A stretch of 64,000 nt of DNA from Azolla caroliniana (taxonomy: Eukaryota > Plantae > Polypodiophyta). Both the position numbers and the translations under genes were made by a program. Positions within the stretch are counted from its first letter, which is position 1; the number at the start of each line of letters is the position of its first letter. Shown piece by piece: positions 12,627 through 25,532 of this stretch. The notes under the pieces were generated by a model that did no database searches, had not been told where the DNA came from, and saw only the letters and a program-made list of their open reading frames with translations. Location of the stretch: positions 1 to 64,000 of the forward strand of contig JBHGNT010000001.1 of the NCBI GenBank assembly GCA_043228905.1. The letters are read 5' to 3'.

Positions 12627-12799
12627 CTTATTGTTCTCAATGGTAAAATATCCTATGAGAGCAAAATTGAATCAATTTAACATAGTAAGGGTGGAATTGA
12701 CTAGTGGCTCTCGAGTTCAAGAATTTTACTAATAAATGTTACAATCGAGTATTCACATTGTGATTGTTAGGAATGTGTCGGGAGTAGACCAGATTGACC

Positions 12800-13250
12800 A
12801 AACTCAAATCTAGTTGGAAACAATGCATTGTATCAAACAATGATTCTCTTACTCCCGTGCTTGTTCAAGGCAAAGTATGTATTGTTGATGAGTCTCACAC
12901 CTGTGCACCAACATTATGTTTCATATCGAAGAGCATGTGAGCAAAGTTGTATTGAAGGAATGGTGTAGATGGTGGACAAAGGGATGGGCTCTAACATGTA
13001 TTGATGAATGTGATTTCCCAATTTGGAGAAGATGGTTTTGTAGTTTGGTGCAACGTATGAAATATAATGTGTGAAATGTGGGCCTCTACATCTTTTCCAA
13101 ACTGTGATATATGGGCATTGCAAAAAAGTCTCACAGATAGATGAATCTATTGACACATCATGAAGCAAATCTAATGTTATCCCATGTTTCAAACCATTTC
13201 ATTAAATCTTTCATCAATCTAGATTTTAACAATTTTTCTTTATGTGTCAT
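12800..13250 (-). mobile_element. Older LINE fragment of similar type
   Basis: IQLCSHALRYET resembles the LRTSSHQLEIE motif; the frame is decayed. Confidence 0.45.
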
Positions 13251-13469
13251 TTGATTCCTTTAATTTCTTCCCATGTGTTCCTAGGAAGTTTGATGTTAGA
13301 ACTTTTTGAAACCTTAAGCATGTGCCCTATCACCCTTTCCATGGCTATGACCTCAATGGGAAGTGATTTTTTTTCAAGAAGTAGAAGCATGTATACCATT
13401 TGTGGAAAAGGCTTTCAGAAATTTTCAAGAAGTAGAACCACTCCATTCTTCAACATAGAGAGAGATAGA

Positions 13470-15150
13470 TAGGAAGAGAAATTTAATCAATGGTGACCTA
13501 CTTCTTCGATGGGGGGAATATACAGGTCATTTCTAATAGATTACAGAAATATTTGCCCACAATAATTCACAATGTACAATATGGCTTTATCTCGGGAAGG
13601 GATATTCAACATAATATTCTATATGTTTAGATGGCTATGGAGTTTGCAAATGTGACCAATCAGGAGTCGGTCATGGTACAAGTACATCTAGAAAAGGCTT
13701 ATGACGTTGTGGATTGGTCCTTTGTGAGGGGGTCAAGCGCAAATTTTATGAAATTTGGTAAACATAAATTCACATACACATTGGGGGAGGGCGCTATTTC
13801 TCATACCATGCTAAATGGGGAATTACACGACCCTTTCCTTTAGTCTTTGCTATTGTGACTCATCCAGCTTTAGTAATATTATATAATATGGCTAGAGATA
13901 AGAGAGTTGGTAGGACTTTCCTTACCATCAGGAAATGGTGTATTTTGCCAGCATTAGCAGATGATGACTTTTTGTTTTTTGGAGCTGTGCGAGAGAACTT
14001 TATGAAGGTTGTGCAAATGTCCGAATCATTTGCTACAGCTTCAGGATTGAAGATTAACATGTATAAATCAGTTCTCGCCTCATGTACAGAAAGGAGTTTA
14101 GATGATCTTGGTTGGACGAGAGTGGTAGTACAACGTGGTATGATTTGTTAGCATTTAGCTTATCCTATTGGTTAGGATTTGCCTAATGTCGAAATCCTAG
14201 ATTGGATATCCACTCAAATTGTAGACAAATTTATGTATTAGCTATCACAACCTTGGCCATTTTATGTTAGACTAAAAGTTGTCCAAAAAATAATGGCTTT
14301 TCAAACAGCTAGGACATGGTTTTATGTTCCCAGAAATTATCATGCTTTAGGGGTTTAGCTGCAAGAAATGCCAACTTTGCATTACCAATTCCAAATTTAA
14401 CTATGGTGACACCTGAGCTAGATAAGAGATTTGCAAGTCTTGAAAGCCTTGTTAAAGTAAAACCAAATTATGTATATCTTAAACTAATTGATAAGTATGC
14501 ATGGATGGTAGAACGACTTAATAAAGAATGGGGAATATCAAGATCCAATAGGTGGTGACAAAGTGTGATGCAAATGGGGTGGCAATCTCGTTTTCCTTTG
14601 AAAGCTAAGCTATTTATGTGGAGCCTCATGATGGATGGATTACCTCTAGGAGTTGCATTGCCAAGTTGAAGTATTGCTTCTGGAATGCATTTGTTTTGCA
14701 TAGTTTCAGAGGAACATAATCAACATCGATATTAGTTTTCTAGTGGCCATAGCTATCTGGAAATTTATATTTTTAATGTGGTCTTTATAATTGAAGTGTC
14801 AAAATCTCTATTTCAATGGGTGTTTGGTTGTGTGCAATTGAGAATGCCTCCACATTTTGAGATAGTCTTTCATTATCTAAGGTATTGGGGATTATGGCAT
14901 AATTGCGATGCGGAATGCCTTTGTTTTTTATGTTAAATATGGGGTTGAACAATACATTCAATGATTATAAAGCATGCTAGTTGCATTGGCCTTTATCACT
15001 TGGCACTATATAGCCCCATAATGATGGATGCACCTAGATAGAGATGAGGGGTGTCATGAGAACCCTCATTGATTGATTTTGTGGTGACCTCATAGGATAT
15101 CATAGTCCATATATTATTGCAATTCAACTTTGGTAATTAACATATTACTA
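13470..15150 (+). mobile_element. Degenerate L1-like LINE (RT and zf-RVT remnants)
   Basis: GFISGRDIQHNI, VHLEKAYDVVDWSF, ADDDFLFF, SGLKINMYKS and PLKAKLFMWSLMMDGLP, with stops and frameshifts. Confidence 0.8.
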
Positions 15151-15152
15151 TT

Positions 15153-15190
<38 letters not shown>

Positions 15191-18100
15191 ATGAATGTCT
15201 TCCAAAGCCAAACTGACATATGACATGAAAAAAAGTTTACCCTTGTGACAAAGAGAATATTTACAAACTAAAGTTTCCAAAATTCTTAAAACTATGAACA
15301 TGTAAACGTTGCGAGTAAAAGTGTCACAATGAGGTTCCTTGTAAATCTTCTTCATTTTGTTTGATGATGCATATTAGCAATTTGCCCCTCAATATATTGC
15401 TACATATAATTTGCTACAACCGAAGGGATGAAAACTGTAGCATTGAATTATGGCAATGCATATAAAGTTAAGAATTTCTTATAAATAGGAAAAACTATAT
15501 GTTAGCATTAAGGCATTATGAATTGAGAACCTTGGTTTGATGGTGATAAAACTTGTATTGGAAGGTGGAAGTAGTGAGATTAACATCAGGTCAAGTGGGA
15601 GCCATAAGGAAGAGCACAAGGGTGAACCCTTGAATCAAGTGCTACATATTATCATCCCATGAGGTTCTTGATTATTTACATGCTACAAGGTCTAATAGGG
15701 TTCTTTATCCTAGGAAACAGAAAATACATAAGCTAACATGTGCCTTGGGATAGAGCTGGCCTTTGTGAGTGCTTCAAAGGCAACAACAAATGAAGCTAGA
15801 AGGTGGGGATAAGATCAAATTGGTTTAAGGTGATATGAACCCCTAGTTATAACAAACTAAATGGTATTTGTCAAAAATTTGCAGCACAATGTCAAGACTT
15901 TTGTTTTAAAGAAATTAACAGAAATTCTCACATTTTCAACATTCATTGACCATTACATTTTTTTTTCCTACAAAACACAATTTTTCTTCGCTTGTATGTG
16001 AGAAAAACACTAGTATAATATCATAGAAAATAGCAATTGGGCTTCTTGATTGGGCAGTGGAACAAGTGAAAGCATTTGCTAAATGAAAATCGAGTTGTTG
16101 AAATGGGCAATAGCCGAGAAGAGGAACTATCAAGTAAGCAATTCAACTTCCGTTGATATGCACCATCTCCATTGATGGCTAACATCAAATGTAAAGACAT
16201 TGCATATGTTCCATTGTGGGGAAATAATCCCCAATACCTCAAAAAGGTTAATAAAAGATTAGACAAGTTAATTCCTTCATATATTTAGGGTAGGTCTAAT
16301 AGAGAGCGCATGTGAGAAGTTGCTTGGCCAATATTAGTAGCAAACAAAAGGTGCACATTTTACAACAAGACTTCCCACATATACATGGTAGTGGACAATG
16401 TGATCAATCACCATGATTTCCATATATTCTTGCACAATCATACACTAGTCATGCTCTCCTACAATGGATAAAGTACAACGTGTTTGTATACATACTTTGT
16501 GCATGTTTGAGACTCATAATTTCTTAAAGATCGATGGGAGAGCAAAAATATGGCCTATAAAATGGGAACACTAAGATGTAAACCATCAAGCCAACAGGCC
16601 ATCAAGGGCTGAAGCAAAATAAGGAAAATAAATTTACTATGGGCAAGAATAACGAGATCTACAAGATTAAGCCATAGTGTGACCTCCCAATCACCTGCTT
16701 GCTATTGATGCAAGCTCTCCTGATCACCTACTTGCTCTACGATGTGGATCGCATCCTCCAAGATTGGAAGCTCAAAAAGGAACCTGTGCAATCTGTCAAT
16801 CTCGTCCATGTTAGTGATTTCAACACAATTCTTCTATACTTCGAAATACATATGTTCTTTGAGTTTCCCAAAATCTTGTTTCAGAGATCTCCATTCATCC
16901 TTGAGTGTGTATGGCTTGTGGGGTGGGATAAAGTACTCTTGTATCCTTAGCTTGAAATCCACCCAATCCTTGAAGGAACTCCTCTCCTCCACCAAGAGGT
17001 ATTAATTAATTGTAGGCATCATTCAAAAGAAAATGGGTTCCCTACTTCCAACCATGCTCGTGGTCATACAAGACATTGCTCCAAGAAGCTCTCCATGCCG
17101 CGAATGCACTTGCTGAGTACCACGAACTCCCTCCTTACATACTCCTTCGGAGGGGACTGGCTTGTAGCTCCCATACTCCCATTCCTCCTAATCAACCCTA
17201 TCCTTCTCTCGTAACCCCCCGCCTCCTTGGTGAGTGTTGCTCCTTGATCTGTTTCTGTTTCTGTTTCTTGAGGACTTCCATCAATTGTGTGTGTGTGAGT
17301 GTGTGTGTGTGTGCTATTCTTATCTCCAGTGGGCTCGATCCCGATCCCCGTCTGTGGCAACTCGATCGCTTCCATTTTTTATTCACTTTCCACTTAGTCT
17401 CTTTCTCTTTCCTCATACTCATACACTTCCCTTTGTGTTGCCAATCTCGCCTTCGTCGGCATTTTCCCTCTCCAATTTGCGTTGTCTGCTTTGATATCAA
17501 TTGTTATGTCCTTAAAATCTTGTAAGACAAAAACAACAAAAAATCATGCGGCGGAGACAAAGCAAGAGACAAAATGTCCAAAAGATTACAAGGCAGTCCC
17601 AATAATTGGGACAAAACCAAAATGTGCGCCAGGACACTTTGGGACGAGCCAAGACGTGTTAGGAGAACACTAATATGATTTGAGGGAGAGACAATGTCAA
17701 GCACCAACTTGTGCAAATGAGCGAATGAATGTTCCTTCAAATGCCTTCTCTTTATATTGACCTTATACGGCCATTGAGAATAGTTGTTTGGCTAGTTGGA
17801 GTAGTCCGTTCGTTGGGACTGGGACTAGTGTATCTAGTGAATCCAAGTCACTTTTGGGACAGCTTGTAGGTTGGGACAAACTGAGGACACCACATTAGTA
17901 TTACAAACATTGGTGGCTATGACAATCATTATTAGGAGAATGAAATATATTGTGTTTCCTTCCCCAAAATTTGTATATTGTTGGATTTGCTTATTGGCTT
18001 GTCTCAAGCTCCATAATGTCTTTTAGTGTGTAATTATTAACAATCTCATTTAAGCATTATCTAGATTATCATAATGTTTGCGCTCTCATATATTTTTCCA

Positions 18101-18399
18101 TGCATTACTTGCCTCGCATACTAGATTAATGTGGTACGCCTAGAGACCAATGGTAATTTGATCTATGATCCATGAGAATTCATTAATTCTTTTATTTAAC
18201 ATTTCACAACTGCTTAATGATAAACTCATAAGATAAGATAAGCACAATCACTATTATTTGCATTAATCTAGGAGCGGTGGAACAACTTGTGAGGACCTTC
18301 CAAGAAGATATAAATGAAGATAGTTTGAGTTTGTCCTTTCAAATCTTTCTAATGATAAACACTCACATTGGGATGTAATTACAAAGAATGTTTCTAAGG

Positions 18400-19900
18400 C
18401 TCTTATTGAACAACTTAAAGATATTCTTATGATATTGTTCCAACAAATGTTGAGTTCTATTAAGTTGTGTGATTCACAGAAAGCCACTCTTGTTAAGGTT
18501 TGACTTAAAGTTGTCTTTCCAATGTCCATCGAGCAATGGAGACCAATATCATGAATTGGTGGGTTGTATAAGATTTTTTTGTGAAACTAATAGCAAACCA
18601 ACTTCAAAAGTGATCAGTTTTGTAGTTTGAAATTTTTTTTGTGGGTGAAGACATCCTTCATAATATATGCCGTGGGAAAATATCTATTGGTTAGGCCAAG
18701 GAATTGAAATAAGAAATTGTAATGATACAACTAGACATGGAGAAGGCATATGATCATGTAAGCTGGTCATTTATTTCCCTACTAGTATGACACATAGGGT
18801 TTGATGCAAGGATGTCACCCTTCACTATCACATTGGGGTGCTAAATAGAGTGGCCAAGACGATGCCTTTGACATAGGTAGTATGACAAAACATGAATGTT
18901 GAGGCCATTACAATTTCCCATTGTTACTCACCCGACTTAAAGTTGTCTTTCCAATGTCCATCGGGCAATGGAGACCAATATCATGAATTGGTGGGTTGTA
19001 TAAGATTTTTTTGTGAAACTAATAGCAAACCAACTTCAAAAGTGATATGTTTTGTAGTTTGAAATTTTTTTTGTGGGTGAAGACATCCTTCATAATATAT
19101 GCCGTGGGAAAATATCTATTGGTTAGGCCAAGGAATTGAAATAAGAAATTGTAATGATACAACTAGACATGGAGAAGGCATATGATCATGTAAGCTGGTC
19201 ATTTATTTCCCTACTAGTATGACACATAGGGTTTGATGCAACTTGCAAGGATGTCACCCTTCACTATCACATTGGGGTGCTAAATAGAGTGGCCAAGACA
19301 ATGCCTTTGACATAGGTAGTATGACAAAACATGAATGTTGAGGCCATTACAATTTCCCATTGTTACTCACCTTGTTGAGCTTGCTCGCCCATTAGAAAAA
19401 CACTTGATAGCTCAAGCATAGACAAATTCTTTGTTCGTATTCCTAAGAGATCACCCAACAATATAGCTAAAACCATGGAAGGGTGGAATGCATTTGTGTT
19501 CACATCAAGGCTACACATAAAGAAGTGTAAGCTTGTGTTAATTAGATGCGTTGAGAAACATATGGTTGATCTTGGATGGCATGACCAAATACTAGAACAA
19601 TATAATGTTTGTAGCCACTTAGATTACCCTATTTGTGTTTGTATCTTGGATAAATTTGTATATCGGAAGGTGGAAGCCTAGTCATTTCCTACTCAACTCA
19701 AAGTAGCACAAGAAATACATAATGATTCCTATTATTTCTTATGTTTTGTTATTGCTATCATGAACAAAGAAATCACTTGATTGATTGGCTCCACCAAAAA
19801 TATATACACCAGAAAACCCTTAAGGGAAGGGCGCCATTGAAGTTGGGAAGTCATATGGTTGCCCAAAGATCCACCCTCTAGAAAGATTTTTCAAAAAGAA
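18400..19900 (+). mobile_element. Degenerate L1-like LINE RT fragment with an internal ~432 bp tandem duplication
   Basis: IQLDMEKAYDHVSWSF occurs twice; GACTTAAAGTTGTCTTTCCAATGTCC at 18502 and 18934. Confidence 0.7.
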
Positions 19901-21259
19901 AACTTTAGGCAGAGGTAATATGTTACTTTGTAGAAAAGGCTGGAATCTACCATGGCAGAACAAGGTGAAACTCCATGATCATCATCTAATTGATACAAGT
20001 TTACAACAGTGTAACCCCTACTCCCACTTGATTTTTTAATCCTTGCTAGTAAGCAGGCAAATTAACTTGATAATCAATTGAAGTTTTACATAATCCCCCA
20101 AGTCCTCTTAATGTAAGGTCTAATTAATCACATACTTTCATAACCTATTTAATTAGACCTGTTTATTCAATCCTTTAACTAGCTAATTAATTAACGTTCA
20201 CTTAATCACCCAATTCCTCTTAAAGTAGCGTCTAATTAATTGTGCATTTTTTATAATTAATGTTGTTCAAACTTAATTAAAAGTTAACAACATGCTTGTT
20301 TGCAAAGATTAGTCTTGAAATTTGTGAACTATTTCAGCGAAATATAAAAGATGTGATTGATCCTTCAACAAAGGCACACGAGTACCAAGTAAATAGAAAC
20401 CACTCTACTTCAGAATTTCCTAAAATGTTAAGGGTTCTTTAATTTTCTCTGAAAGAATGTGTCTTGTCTATCTGATTAATTGATTTTTTGAAAACTGCTT
20501 GCAGTTTTCTATGTACAGTGCCCACATGTGCTCTCCTAGTCCAACTTTGGTTGGACGCTTGAAACAGAAAAACAACTGAGAGTCAAAATCTTCAACACTG
20601 GCTCACTGAAATCTCCCAAAGTTGGAAGAGATTCCACTTGCCTTCTAATGGCCACTACAACTTCAATCAAGAAGCTTTGATTATCTGGGTTTCAATGATG
20701 ACTTAATCTCTAGCCAAAGGGAAGGCAGCAAAAGGTTGATCGGTGTTAAAATAGATAGATTAGCTGCATTAAGTCTTCCACATCATCAATCATTTTCCCT
20801 TGTTTCAATGACGAGTTAACCTTTAGCAGACAGGAGGGCAGGACATTGTCAATCCATGTTAATTCTCATATAAGAGTTGACCCAATGTCTTTGTATCACT
20901 TGGGTGTGCAATCTTCCCAATGGGCATGTAAATTTATCCTCCCCTTCCAATGAATAGTTGTGCTTAGTTGTAATTTCTTTTCTTAGGTTGGATAGATTGT
21001 TTTTTTTCCAAAATGTGTAGTGTTTTAGGAATTCCGTAAAGTTGAGCTGAATTGGGGATTACGGTACAATTCAGTGGCAGTTTGGGGATTTGGCCTTTTT
21101 TAATTGATTGTTGCTTTCAATAAAGAGAATTCAGTATCATTGAAAAGAGATTCCTTGCTTTTTCTCCCTTATAAACTGGAGTAAAACATTTGAAGAGATC
21201 AAAACAAGCACTTTAGGTCAGATGTATGATGTTCCCTGGCTCAAGATACCAGTACGTTT

Positions 21260-24004
21260 TCAAAAACTGGAAACTTCATACCCGTCGCATTCAACAGATG
21301 CTTGCAATACCATATCTATATGTGGTATATACCCCTCTTCTCTCATTGTTATGCTAACTTTGTGTCCCCTCCTCACATGTGCATCATAACTATTTTCTTG
21401 TCTATTATCTCCTGCCAAGAAATTGTGTACCTGATTGTCAACCTCAATAAAGGCCATCCCAGCCTTCTTCCAAGCACAGGCATGCTTCCTTTTATCTTGT
21501 ATGATATCTGCTTTCTCATACTCACCAGCATCAGCATATAACTTGGACATTAACTCATAACTTGATGCATGAAATTCATCAATGACGACTACATTCTCGT
21601 AACATTCTGCTCCTAGATTCATCGAACCATGCATTCTACAGTGGCTAAGTAAAGACATCCATGCAACTAGGCTTGGGAGCATCGGCATTGTGAAGGATAG
21701 GTTTCTTGCCTCATGTAGATAACCCACACGACCCATCAAGTCAATCATGCAATTGTAGTGCTCGAGAGTAGGTGTTATTCCATGATCTTTCACCATACAT
21801 TCAAAATGGTAGCAACCTTCTTTTACAAGGCCTAGACGGTTGCATGCACATAATAGAGAAGTGTAAGTCACATCAACCGGCTTGATGCCATCATGTTGCA
21901 TCTGGTTAAAATAATCCAGAGCTACAAGATATTCACTATTTTCAGCATATCCAGAAATAATTGCACTCCATGCCACCACATTTGGGATGGCCAGCCCATC
22001 AAACACAGTCTGAGCATTTATAAGACTCCCACAGTTAGCATACATATTGATAAGGCTGCTTGCCACGAAGCAATCTGTCTCACAAATCTTTCGGTTAATC
22101 TGAGCGTGGACAAGCTTACCTTGTTCTAAGGCTCCCAACTTTGAGCATGCCTTCAAAATACAAACAAATGTCGTAGGATCTGCTTCAATTCCTTCTTGCC
22201 TCATTTGCTGAAAGAACATGAGTGCTGCCTGGCAATATCCCTGCTCGGCCAATCCTGCAATAATTGCACTCCAGATGACATGATGCCGGGTCAATAGTTT
22301 GTCGAATATTTCAAGTGCATCTTCTATCCTCCCACATTTCATGTAAAGATCAATAAGAGTGTTTCCAACTATCACATTCTTTTCACTGGAATCTTGGATA
22401 GTATGCTCATGCAAAATTATCCCACGCTCTAAAGAAGCGCCATCAGAGCAAGCCTTGAGCAAACAAACATAAGTGACATCATCTGCTACTAAACCCTCTT
22501 CCTGCATTTGCTTAAATAGTTGCAAGGCTTCTTGTTCACGACCAAGCTGAACGTAACCTGACATCAATGAACTCCATGTGACCACATTTCGCTTCATTAG
22601 TTTGTCAAATACTCGTTGAGCGTCCTCAATACTCCCACACTTAGCATACATGTCAACTAGAACACTCGCAATAAACACCTCTAGAACACATCCACTTTGC
22701 ACCATGTGAGAATGCACAAGTCTCCCCTGTTCTAGGTCTGGGGCTTTGGAGCAGGCCTTCAATACTGATCCAAACATGACATTATCCGGTTCCATCCCTT
22801 CCTTATGGGCCTGTGCAAGAAGTGAGAAAACCTCCTCCACATATCCTTCCTCCCCATATCCAGCCATTATCGTACTCCACGTTACAACATCCCTTATCAT
22901 CAGTCGATCAAAAATCTGGTGTGCCTCTTGCAAGCTCCCACATTTGACATACATGTTCACGAGTGCATTTGCTACATATACATCACGTTCACAAGGACTA
23001 ACTATGATCTGGGTATGAATGAGCTTGCCTTGATGTAAGGCATGTAGATTGGAACAAGCCGTCAAGATGCTAACAAATGCTACTTGGCAGGCTTCGATAC
23101 CTTCATGTTGCATTTGTTGAAAGAGACGAAAGACTTTCTCTTCTTCATCATAACCAACTTGGGCATACCCAGTGATCAGTGCAGTCCAAGTCACAAGGGT
23201 TTTATCAGCTATGGCATTGAAAACCCATTGTGCATCTTTCAATCTGCCACATTTTATGTACATATCAATAAGGGAACTGCCAATTGCATCAAACCCCATC
23301 ATTACCTCATGGTTTACTTCCACAATCTGACAATGACACACTCTAGCCATATCAGATGAAGCAATAGAGGAGCAAGCTTTCAATACACAAACAAATGTAA
23401 CATAGTTGGGTTGTATGCACTTCTGTTGCATCTGAGTGTAGAATTGCAGGGCCACATAGCCTTGTCTCAAGTGAGAAAGCCCAGAGATGATAGATGTCCA
23501 TGAGAACACATTCTTTTCAGGCAAATCCTCAAATACATTCTTCGCATCCTCTAGCCGACCACATTTGGAATACATGTCAATGATGGTGCTTGAAAGATAA
23601 CGGTTATGTTCAAACCCATTTTCAACAATGTGGGCATGCATGAGTATACCTTTTTCTGCAGAGGTACTGATGGAGCACGCTTTGAGAGCTGCAACAAAGG
23701 TGTGAACACATGGTTCCACATTGCAGTGAAGCATGTGGGCAAAGAAGGAGAGGGCCGTGGACGAATGCCCAAACTTGGAATGCGCGGAGATGATAGCCCT
23801 CCATGTGGAAGGGTGAGATTGCAGTGCATGGAAGAGCCGGTCTGCTTCATCCAAGGCTCCGCACAGGGCAAGGAGGCGGATGAGGTGAGCACTCAGGAGA
23901 GGGAATTCCTCGTTCCTCTGTTTCAGAAGAAGAAGCTCCGCTACCAATCTCCTGCCCCCTTCTAGGTCTTTCCTGCGGATGCAATCGTGCAAATGCCTTT
24001 GCAT
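21260..24004 (-). CDS. PLS-class pentatricopeptide repeat protein with E/E+ extension (organellar RNA-editing factor type), intronless, no complete DYW domain
   Basis: 914 aa ORF with many P-L-S triplets (LIDMYxKCGxLEDAxxVF / VVTWxxxISGY / TFVCILKAC); E domain HYNCMIDLMGRVGYL; WKKAGMAFIEVDNQVHNFLAGD; ends shortly after MREEGYIP. Confidence 0.95.
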   Translation of the reverse strand: MQRHLHDCIRRKDLEGGRRLVAELLLLKQRNEEFPLLSAHLIRLLALCGALDEADRLFHALQSHPSTWRAIISAHSKFGHSSTALSFFAHMLHCNVEPCVHTFVAALKACSISTSAEKGILMHAHIVENGFEHNRYLSSTIIDMYSKCGRLEDAKNVFEDLPEKNVFSWTSIISGLSHLRQGYVALQFYTQMQQKCIQPNYVTFVCVLKACSSIASSDMARVCHCQIVEVNHEVMMGFDAIGSSLIDMYIKCGRLKDAQWVFNAIADKTLVTWTALITGYAQVGYDEEEKVFRLFQQMQHEGIEACQVAFVSILTACSNLHALHQGKLIHTQIIVSPCERDVYVANALVNMYVKCGSLQEAHQIFDRLMIRDVVTWSTIMAGYGEEGYVEEVFSLLAQAHKEGMEPDNVMFGSVLKACSKAPDLEQGRLVHSHMVQSGCVLEVFIASVLVDMYAKCGSIEDAQRVFDKLMKRNVVTWSSLMSGYVQLGREQEALQLFKQMQEEGLVADDVTYVCLLKACSDGASLERGIILHEHTIQDSSEKNVIVGNTLIDLYMKCGRIEDALEIFDKLLTRHHVIWSAIIAGLAEQGYCQAALMFFQQMRQEGIEADPTTFVCILKACSKLGALEQGKLVHAQINRKICETDCFVASSLINMYANCGSLINAQTVFDGLAIPNVVAWSAIISGYAENSEYLVALDYFNQMQHDGIKPVDVTYTSLLCACNRLGLVKEGCYHFECMVKDHGITPTLEHYNCMIDLMGRVGYLHEARNLSFTMPMLPSLVAWMSLLSHCRMHGSMNLGAECYENVVVIDEFHASSYELMSKLYADAGEYEKADIIQDKRKHACAWKKAGMAFIEVDNQVHNFLAGDNRQENSYDAHVRRGHKVSITMREEGYIPHIDMVLQASVECDGYEVSSF

Positions 24005-24092
24005 TACACGCGCTGCTAAAGGACGCGCTGCACACCTTCCATGGTCAAAAAAAACCGCAGCAATCTGTTATTTTATCATCGCTATCTATCAC

Positions 24093-24158
24093 TATGTATG
24101 TATGTATGTATGTATGTATGTATGTATGTATGTGTCACACACACACACACACACACAC
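24093..24158. repeat. Compound microsatellite (TATG)n(CA)n upstream of the PPR gene
   Basis: Seen directly. Confidence 0.95.
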
Positions 24159-24840
24159 AAAACATTATGCATGCGGTTGGGTGTTCATGCTGTCCCTCCT
24201 ATCATGAAATCCAAACCAGTGACACATTGGCGATATGTTGATAAACCACCGACACATTCGTCAAACCAAAGGGTAAAAGTATATATTCAAAGTTTCCATA
24301 TCGAATGCAAAACACAGTTACCCACTTATCACCATTATAAATCTAAACAAAATTTAAGAACCTTAAAGGCATAGCTTTGCACTTATCACCATTGGAATGG
24401 CATCAAATTGTCAAACGAAGATATAGGTTGATTGACACACATTTCCTTAGCATATCTTTCTTTAATAATAATAATAATTCTTATCATTGGCCTCAAGCTA
24501 TTATTCACTATTTATCTTCAATACAATGTTGAGCTTTGCAAACAAGCTACTCTAGAATTGCAACTCTAGACTTATACCCCAATTAGGTCAAGAGTACTGA
24601 ATTAAAACATGTTGGCCTACCAACATAACCATGATCATTGCAACTCTTCCCAACTCACAAACTTTATGTTCCGTAGACTAAGCTTCTAGAATGTCATCAA
24701 TAAGCTATGAAATAAGCACTCAAACTCATTTGATTCACCTAGTAACAAAATGAATACCCAATATCACCTTTCATATGGAAACCAAATACAACTTCACCAA
24801 ATGTAATGACACGTCGTTATTGTGAATGCACTTGTTGTAG

Positions 24841-25532
24841 ATGGTATGAACCATAATGTGATAATGCCAATTGAGATAAATGCAACAATTACGAAAGATG
24901 TGATAGCAATAATGTGGATGACGAAATACTACAATGCATACAATAATTGTGGTTGCAATATCTAATTTGAATGTTGCAACAAACTACTACAATAGCTCAT
25001 CAACAAGGCTGAAGACCTGAAACCATGTTCTCTTTCCCTCTCAAAATAATATAATACATGGTATGAACCATAATGTGATAATGCCAATCGTCTTAAATGC
25101 AACAATTGCAAGAGATGTGATAGCAATAATGTTGACAACCACCATGACATATGTGTTGACAAAATACTACAATGCGTAAAATAGATGTGGTTACAATATC
25201 TAATTCGAATCTTGCAACAAACCATTGCAATAGCTCATAAGCTTAGGAACCTAGACCTCAAATCATGTTCTCTTTCCCTCTCAAAATAGGATAATACATG
25301 GTATGAACCATAATGTGATAATGCCAATTGTGATCAATGCAACAATTCCAGTGATGTGATGGCAATAATGCTGACAACCACCATGACATATGTGATGCCA
25401 AAAGACTTTAGTGCATACGATAAATGTGATCTAATTTGAATCTTGCAACAAACCACTGCAATAGCTCATTAGCTTAAGGTTCTACATCTCAAATCATGTT
25501 CTCTTTACCTCTCAAAATAGGATAATACATGT
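24841..25532. repeat. Tandem repeat, ~3 copies of a 217-240 bp unit
   Basis: ATGGTATGAACCATAATGTGATAATGCCAAT at 24841, 25058 and 25298. Confidence 0.9.

Noticed and set aside
17064-17525. Cluster of 86-149 aa ORFs
   Set aside because: They span (GT)n and pyrimidine-rich low-complexity sequence with no recognisable domain
17570-17890. DNA transposon with GGGAC subterminal repeats (similar at ~31980-32090)
   Set aside because: No TIRs or TSD could be delimited
20900-21259. Detached DYW domain downstream of the PPR
   Set aside because: No HSE/CxxCH/DYW-like peptide was seen after the stop
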